DNA of 64,000 nucleotides from positions 9,950-73,949 of the IMG/VR virus record IMGVR_UViG_3300030012_002336; one strand, written 5' to 3'. The translations under genes and the position numbers were made by a program. Below, piece after piece: positions 57,666 to 64,000 of this stretch (its first letter is position 1; every line of letters starts with the position of its first letter). Under the pieces are notes generated by a model that made no database searches, had not been told where the DNA came from, and worked only from the letters and a program-made list of their open reading frames with translations. The stretch comes from a virus (lineage: Duplodnaviria > Caudoviricetes).

Positions 57666-60600
57666 TTATATTCTTGCTAATGAATGTAAGTAACTTAATA
57701 CATTACCACCCGTCTTTTTAGTTGGTAAGTGATACATCTTATTTAATTTTTTAAAAATATGATTTGCTCTCTTTTCTTTTGGTCCTCCATCAAAAGAACC
57801 TTTTATATAATCTTCATAAAATTTTATTTGTTGGTTTAAATTTAAATTTAACTGCCCTCCCTTTTTATAGTTAACATCATCTAAATTATATTCAAAATTA
57901 AATCTAATATCTTTTAAATTTAATTTTTTATTAGGTTTATTAGCTAATCCTAATTTATATAATTCTTTTAAAACTGTAGGTGATATTTTTTCACCTTCTA
58001 AATTTTTCTTATAGTCTTTAAATAATCTACTATACCTTCTTATTGAACCCCCTTTTCTTCTGTAGGCATTTATATATTTTTGAACATCTTCTCTACCTTC
58101 TAATGTTTTTACTTTCTTTTCAAATTTATCATCATTACGCAAAATTAACATGTTTACATAATCCTTAGTCTCTTTAGGTAAATCATCAACCCAAGTCATA
58201 TCATCACTATAGATATCTACACCTGCATCTTTCTTTTTATTTAAAAACTCATTAAAGTTAGTAGAGCCCCAATTGTAAGCTGCTAATGTTTTAGCTAGTC
58301 TTACAGTTTGATCTTGATTACCTTTATTAATCCATGGTCTATTATATAAACTATTCATATACCACTTTTGAACAGCCATGGCATCTCTATAATCCATTAA
58401 ATCTATATCTTTATCTCCTGTAGCATTTATATAGTCTGTTAAAGTATCTGGCATTATCTGTGTTAAACCTTTAGCTCCTTTAGGAGAAACAGCTTCAGGT
58501 TTTAATGCAGACTCTGCCATAGCTTGTAATAATAATATATCTTTTCCAACTTCTGTTGAGTCATCTCTATCTATACCAACTGGTAAACCATCATCATCTC
58601 TGTCTTTAAATGTATCTTGTAATGTTATTGGTCCATAGGATTCACCTCCATCATCATACCTTGCACCACCAGATTGCTGATCTAACATAAAAGGAGAAGC
58701 AAGAGGAATAGCTGCAGGTAACTTATTTAATTGTTTACTTAAAAAATCTATGTTGCTTGGATCCTTTGACATAAACTGTGGTATCCTAGGCATATAAGGG
58801 GGATTTGCTGTAACACCCGGAACATCATCAATAGCTGTTAGATACTTATTAAGCAAGCTAGGTGTTATCTCATCATAAGTATTTTTAATAAATCCTCTTT
58901 GTAACATATCACCTCTTAATTCAGCTAAGTATGGTAGACCTTCTCTACTTGTTCCTATACGGTTAGTTCTACTTACTACTAATTGTGAAAGATCTTTAGG
59001 ATTAGGCTCCAACATTTTTGAAAAATAATTATATGATTTTTCTGTTCCTTGAGTCTTACCTAAGTTTCTTAACACATAATCTACTTGACGAGGACTCATG
59101 TCTTTTATATTGGAGGTCAGATTACTTAGAACATTATCCGGCTTACTTCCTGGACCTATTCTATAATTAGGATCAACTCTTAAACCTTTTTGTATAGCTC
59201 TATCTATATCTGTATTATATGCAAAAGATCTCCCCTTATATTCTGGATATATTTCATTTAAATCTTTTTTAAGTTTGTTAGCAAGTGTCTGTCTAATATT
59301 AGGATTATCAAAGTGTTTAGGATGTATTTTTCCAAGATTATAAGGTAAATATTGAGTAATTCCTGATTGAATAAAATGACCTATTTCATGGTCTGTAACA
59401 GGTATATTAGCTGTACTATTATAAGGTAAATTTTTATTTAAACGTACTCTTGGAAAACCTGCGTCTATTGCACCAATTTTATTATTTATAATGCTCTTTT
59501 TAAGCATTGATTTAGTAGCATCAGAAGGAGTAAAAAAAGTAAATTGTCCAAGATTATCAGTAATATTTACTATTCTCATTTGTGCTGCATCAGCTATCAT
59601 GTCATCTATTGTACTATTTACCAAAAGTTCATATTGATTTACTTTACCCGGTTCAGTAACAGGTCTTTTAGAAAATAATTTACCTGGACCTATAATTTCT
59701 TCATCAATTAAAGCCGTCATTCTTTTTCTAAATTCATCTGTTTGCATTCTGTTTTGAAGGTCAGTAATTCTTGAATTTGCTAGTTTTGAATAATTGTAAT
59801 TGTACCTTATAGATTCTTCTAACAGCGCACCTTGTTCTGCAGATGTTACTTTAAGAACGCCTGGAGAAGCAGATGGTGCTGGATTTGCATTTTTTAATAA
59901 AGGAGAAAATTTAACTTTACTAGCAACGTTTGCTACTTCAAGACCACCAAAAGTAATACCAGCTAAATCTAAAGCTACATTAGCTCCTGTACGTAATGAA
60001 GGATCCTCAGCAAAATCTTTAACATCTCCTGGTAAATTATATCCACCATATAAACCACCTGTTAAGTTTAATGCATTTCCTATTGTAACTCTACCTGCTG
60101 TACCTGGTATTGTTGTGGCTAATGCTGCAGGAGCAGCAATTCCAAGAGATGCTATAGTTGGTACTCCTATAGCTGAATATAATGGAGCATTAGCTACAAT
60201 CTCACCCCATTCCATTCCAAAAGGTGCACTTCCTGGCGCCTGTCCTGTTGCATCCATTGATGCTCTTGCAATAGGATTATTTTCATATTGACTTCTATTA
60301 TAATAAGGATTTAAAAAAGATCTTTCATAAGGTAAGCCAAAAAAATCTTTAGAAGTATTTCTATTACCAAAAACAGATACTTCATCTAACATTCCTAAAT
60401 TGTAAAGATCTCTATATTTCTGTGTTCCCGGCACAGCTGAAACAAGAGGTACACCGTCATCTGTATAACCTGTTATTGGATATTCTTTATTCCCTACTTC
60501 TACTTCACCTTGATCTTGATATGATGGTAGTTCTGTACCATATTTAGCAGTAGCTACATCTATATCATCTCCTATTTCATTTGCATCTGCTACAGAGTTA

Positions 60601-63600
60601 TTTATAAATCTAATATTACTATCTCTATCATTACCTGTGTTTTCTGGATCTGCTATACGGTATTGATCTTCTTCAGGAACTCTATATCTATATAGTAGTC
60701 TTTGTAATGATAATGGATATTTTTTACTAGTTGTTTTCATATCAGGATCATATGTTTGTAAATATTCATCCCAATTTTCCTTAGTCATTTGTTCTTTTCT
60801 ATAATCATATATACCTTTCTCAAGCATATCTAATCTTACAGCATTTAAATCCGCATAAGCTTCATTCGTTGTTTCTGGAGCTAAATGACCACCATAATCT
60901 CTTTGGCTATCTGCCATACCAGCAGACATTTCATCTATATACAAATTAGCATTATTTAAGTCACTAAGTATTTCATTATCTCTTTCTGATAAAAATTTAT
61001 CACGTCCTGTTACATGAGCTAATTCATGCGCATATGTACTAGTCCAATCATCCATTCCAGAATAGCTATCTGTTTCCACAGAACCATGTTTAACAGTAGA
61101 TTTTGATAAATAGTCATTAATATCTTTTGGCATCACTATAGCTGCCATAAGATTTTCAAATCTAGGATCATCAGGATCTTCACCAGCATCTATTAACATT
61201 TGCCTTTTATTTTCTTCAGACATTCTTCCTTGCTCTGTCTTATCATAATAAGGAGTTATTAAAGATAATGCATGAGGGCCTTGTAAATCTTGAAAAGCAT
61301 ATCCAAGTCTTCTTTGTTCACTAAGGGTCAATCCATCAAAATATGAGTCAAAAAAATCTTTTGGATCCTTTCCATCTGCAATCCATTGATCTTTTTTTGC
61401 TTCTATATTTTTTAATTGATCAATAGCATATTTTTGTCCTTCAGTTGCATCTAAAAAAGTAAAATTAGTTAGTCTAGGATATACAGCATTAAAAACAGTT
61501 TCAGCATTTACTTTTAAATCTTTAAAAGATTGTTTATCAGGATCTTCTTTTGAAGTATAACTACCAGTATCAATATCATAATCATATAATAGTGTACTAT
61601 AATTTTGTGGCCCTTTTGTTCTAGGTTGTGTAGCTGAATATTGTCCAAATTCAGTATCATCTGAAAAATCTCCTCTTATTCTTTGACTAATTAAAGACTC
61701 TGGATCATTTAATCCTGAATAATAATCAACCATACTTTCAACATAATTTATATCTGTATCTTGTAAAGGTGTTGGATTATTCATCATAAAATCAGAAGTT
61801 ATAGGATTTGGATAAACTCTTAATGGATTACGTAAACCTTCTGTATTAATTTCCACAGGATCCGTTAAAAAGTCTTCTTGTATTTTTTCATTTAATCCAT
61901 CTTGTGCTTTTGGTAAAGAACCTCCATCAACCTTTTTTAAATAATCACTTAATGCTTTACTACCATAGTAAACACCTTTTAAAAGTTTAGGGATACCACT
62001 TACAAAACCTATAGGAGCAGTTCCTCCCATAGGTGTAATATCACCATAATCTACACCTAGCATTAAATCACCATCTTCGTTTCTTACATAACCTGCAAGT
62101 TCTTCTATTTTAGATCTTTGGTCACCACTAAGTTCCATGTTTGCATGAAATGCAGAAAAGTCTACTTCATCTATTTCACCATCTGAATCTAATCCATTTT
62201 GTGCTTTAGGTAATGCACCACCAAACTTTGCTACATTTGTAGGCATAGATGAAGTATCAGTAAATATATTTAAATTATTTAATAAATCTTCATCCTCATA
62301 CATATCTAGCATTAACTGACTTTTATGAAACTTTGTAGGATTGTTACGTAAATGATCTATATGATCTTGTGTAAATTTAAAATTAGGATCATTAAAATCA
62401 TACATGCCGGCATCATATAACTCATATCTAATTGTATCAATATCAGATTTAACATTATATGGATCATAATCATGTCGTTGTACTTCATTCAATTCTTGAT
62501 TTGGATCTAAATTAAATTTAAACTTTTTTGCTAATTTAATTTCTTCTGGTGACATGTCTATATTAGGATTTATAGTCACTTTATTTGGTGAATAATTTCC
62601 ATAATAACCTAGGTTAAAGAGAGCGTCATCATCATATACATCTTTCTTTGGATTTTTACCAATGTTTACATTTAAAGCATGAGATATTTCATTAACAATA
62701 CTGCCTGGTAATATATCATGAACATAACCATCTCTTTCTTTAATGTAATCCATTTGAGCATCATTAAAAGAGGCTAAGTTTGCATAAGGTTTATATAAAG
62801 TTCCTGTATCATAATAATCTAAAGTAAACTCACTTAAAGGATCATCTAACATATTTTGAAACTCTGAAGGATCTTGTTCTTCAATTAATAAACTAGAAAG
62901 CTGTTCTTTTTTAGCATCAATTACTGCTTGTTGTTTTTCTGGATCTCCAGGATAAAGATTTTCAAGTCTAGTTTTTAATAAAGGAGAATCTAAATATTCA
63001 GTAAAATAATTTATAGCTTTTGCTTTTGCAGCATCTCCTCTTTCTGTTCGTTCACCTTCTCTATAATCTATCAATCTTCTTCTACCTTTATCTATAAAGT
63101 ACTTGTTTCTCTCTGGTTCAAGTCCTTTATATTCATAATAAAATCTACTAGCTTCATTATCTAACCTATTTTTAAAATCTTTTTTTGATTCACCTTTTCT
63201 TTTATTTTCTTTATAACTTATATTTTCTTTTTGTTGTTCAATCCAATTTCTAAATTTAACATCCATATCTTCATCATCCCAATCTCTATTTTCAATGATT
63301 TCATCTAAATCAGGATAAATTTCTCTTATGTCTGTATTTAAATCAAAAAAACTAGTTTCAGTTCCATCCTGTGCTTCTTCAGAAGATTCTGTTTCAACAG
63401 GTTCTACTTCAACTGGTTCTACATCAACAGTTTCTTCAGGAGGATCAACTGCTGCCATTGGTTCTGATGTAACAGTTTCTGTCTTTTCAGTTTCAATTGC
63501 TGCATCAACCGGATCCTCTGAAGGTCCTACATATATTTCTTTATCTGGATCATTTTTACCTAATGATCCAGTTACACTTTGATCTTCTCTTAATCCTGTA

Positions 63601-64000
63601 TAAGTTGCTGTATCTTTAGCTAAACTAACACCTCCTGCTGTCCATCCTGGAGGTCCAGGAAAAGCTGAACCAGTATTTAAAGCCGTGTTTTCTAAATGTT
63701 TTCTTAATCCATCTTGATCACCTGTAATAGCAGCATAACCAGCTCTACCTGCTGAAATTAATGCGTTTGGTACATCAAGAAAAATTCCATAACCTGGGGC
63801 TAAACCTCCTGTTGTTAAAGCTGTTTGAAGTGCATCTAGCTTTTGAGTTGTAGTTAAATTTTTGCCAGTTATATCATCTACTTGTTCATCAGTAAGATTC
63901 AACTTTTTTTGTGTTTCATAATTCTGCATTATATCAAAACCTACTTGTGCTTTAGGTAGTTCAGATCCATACTTTGCTTGTTCAAAATCATTTTCTTGAT
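57666..64000 (-). CDS. Giant modular virion protein (5' truncated): three zincin-like modules plus an SLT lytic transglycosylase
   Basis: Frame is open to the window end (QENDFEQAKYGSELPKAQVGFDIM...). NEISH, HELAH, HEIGH; SLT motifs AES...GAKGLTQIMPDT...AAYNWG...ETKDYV. Confidence 0.8.
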   Translation of the reverse strand, partial: QENDFEQAKYGSELPKAQVGFDIMQNYETQKKLNLTDEQVDDITGKNLTTTQKLDALQTALTTGGLAPGYGIFLDVPNALISAGRAGYAAITGDQDGLRKHLENTALNTGSAFPGPPGWTAGGVSLAKDTATYTGLREDQSVTGSLGKNDPDKEIYVGPSEDPVDAAIETEKTETVTSEPMAAVDPPEETVDVEPVEVEPVETESSEEAQDGTETSFFDLNTDIREIYPDLDEIIENRDWDDEDMDVKFRNWIEQQKENISYKENKRKGESKKDFKNRLDNEASRFYYEYKGLEPERNKYFIDKGRRRLIDYREGERTERGDAAKAKAINYFTEYLDSPLLKTRLENLYPGDPEKQQAVIDAKKEQLSSLLIEEQDPSEFQNMLDDPLSEFTLDYYDTGTLYKPYANLASFNDAQMDYIKERDGYVHDILPGSIVNEISHALNVNIGKNPKKDVYDDDALFNLGYYGNYSPNKVTINPNIDMSPEEIKLAKKFKFNLDPNQELNEVQRHDYDPYNVKSDIDTIRYELYDAGMYDFNDPNFKFTQDHIDHLRNNPTKFHKSQLMLDMYEDEDLLNNLNIFTDTSSMPTNVAKFGGALPKAQNGLDSDGEIDEVDFSAFHANMELSGDQRSKIEELAGYVRNEDGDLMLGVDYGDITPMGGTAPIGFVSGIPKLLKGVYYGSKALSDYLKKVDGGSLPKAQDGLNEKIQEDFLTDPVEINTEGLRNPLRVYPNPITSDFMMNNPTPLQDTDINYVESMVDYYSGLNDPESLISQRIRGDFSDDTEFGQYSATQPRTKGPQNYSTLLYDYDIDTGSYTSKEDPDKQSFKDLKVNAETVFNAVYPRLTNFTFLDATEGQKYAIDQLKNIEAKKDQWIADGKDPKDFFDSYFDGLTLSEQRRLGYAFQDLQGPHALSLITPYYDKTEQGRMSEENKRQMLIDAGEDPDDPRFENLMAAIVMPKDINDYLSKSTVKHGSVETDSYSGMDDWTSTYAHELAHVTGRDKFLSERDNEILSDLNNANLYIDEMSAGMADSQRDYGGHLAPETTNEAYADLNAVRLDMLEKGIYDYRKEQMTKENWDEYLQTYDPDMKTTSKKYPLSLQRLLYRYRVPEEDQYRIADPENTGNDRDSNIRFINNSVADANEIGDDIDVATAKYGTELPSYQDQGEVEVGNKEYPITGYTDDGVPLVSAVPGTQKYRDLYNLGMLDEVSVFGNRNTSKDFFGLPYERSFLNPYYNRSQYENNPIARASMDATGQAPGSAPFGMEWGEIVANAPLYSAIGVPTIASLGIAAPAALATTIPGTAGRVTIGNALNLTGGLYGGYNLPGDVKDFAEDPSLRTGANVALDLAGITFGGLEVANVASKVKFSPLLKNANPAPSASPGVLKVTSAEQGALLEESIRYNYNYSKLANSRITDLQNRMQTDEFRKRMTALIDEEIIGPGKLFSKRPVTEPGKVNQYELLVNSTIDDMIADAAQMRIVNITDNLGQFTFFTPSDATKSMLKKSIINNKIGAIDAGFPRVRLNKNLPYNSTANIPVTDHEIGHFIQSGITQYLPYNLGKIHPKHFDNPNIRQTLANKLKKDLNEIYPEYKGRSFAYNTDIDRAIQKGLRVDPNYRIGPGSKPDNVLSNLTSNIKDMSPRQVDYVLRNLGKTQGTEKSYNYFSKMLEPNPKDLSQLVVSRTNRIGTSREGLPYLAELRGDMLQRGFIKNTYDEITPSLLNKYLTAIDDVPGVTANPPYMPRIPQFMSKDPSNIDFLSKQLNKLPAAIPLASPFMLDQQSGGARYDDGGESYGPITLQDTFKDRDDDGLPVGIDRDDSTEVGKDILLLQAMAESALKPEAVSPKGAKGLTQIMPDTLTDYINATGDKDIDLMDYRDAMAVQKWYMNSLYNRPWINKGNQDQTVRLAKTLAAYNWGSTNFNEFLNKKKDAGVDIYSDDMTWVDDLPKETKDYVNMLILRNDDKFEKKVKTLEGREDVQKYINAYRRKGGSIRRYSRLFKDYKKNLEGEKISPTVLKELYKLGLANKPNKKLNLKDIRFNFEYNLDDVNYKKGGQLNLNLNQQIKFYEDYIKGSFDGGPKEKRANHIFKKLNKMYHLPTKKTGGNVLSYLHSLARI

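Noticed and set aside
1885-63582. Many short opposite-strand or alternate-frame ORFs in the track (e.g. 4607, 9784, 27963, 40880, 45893, 59800)
   Set aside because: Nested within well-supported genes, with Ser/Leu/Phe-rich shadow composition and no motifs
1-64000. Stop-codon reassignment (TAG/TGA), as in some crAss-like phages
   Set aside because: Genes up to 15.7 kb are open in the standard code, and both TGA and TAG terminate genes at tight gene junctions

Overview
AT-rich, gene-dense 64 kb segment of a crAss-like (Crassvirales-related) dsDNA phage, most likely infecting an aquatic Bacteroidota/Flavobacteriia host. Host evidence: TATATTTG -7 promoters, A-rich starts without SD sequences, a T9SS cargo gene and a class II RNR. 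Positions 1-14.4 kb (+ strand) carry replication and repair genes: primase, RusA-like resolvase, a DUF6878/DUF6915-like pair, a zincin-vWA protein plus MoxR-like AAA, a PD-(D/E)xK exonuclease, UNG, PolB, a DUF932-like protein and a spore photoproduct lyase-like radical SAM enzyme. Positions 14.5-64 kb (- strand) are late genes: small basic and beta-sandwich proteins, a 3TM holin, a four-gene envelope cassette, and giant virion/ejection proteins including a 5225-aa virion RNA polymerase. A + strand nrdJ islet interrupts this region. Most notable observations: (1) a recurring bipartite 'xK(Y/F)GGxLPKAQxG' linker that divides the large cargo proteins into enzymatic modules; (2) a shared C-terminal G(P/A)N(G/S)(V/L)L tag on small basic proteins; (3) a phage-encoded T9SS cargo plus outer-membrane beta-barrel cassette; (4) a compact intergenic pseudoknot RNA candidate; (5) a putative late promoter motif. 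All family calls come from motif recognition by eye; no database searches were run.
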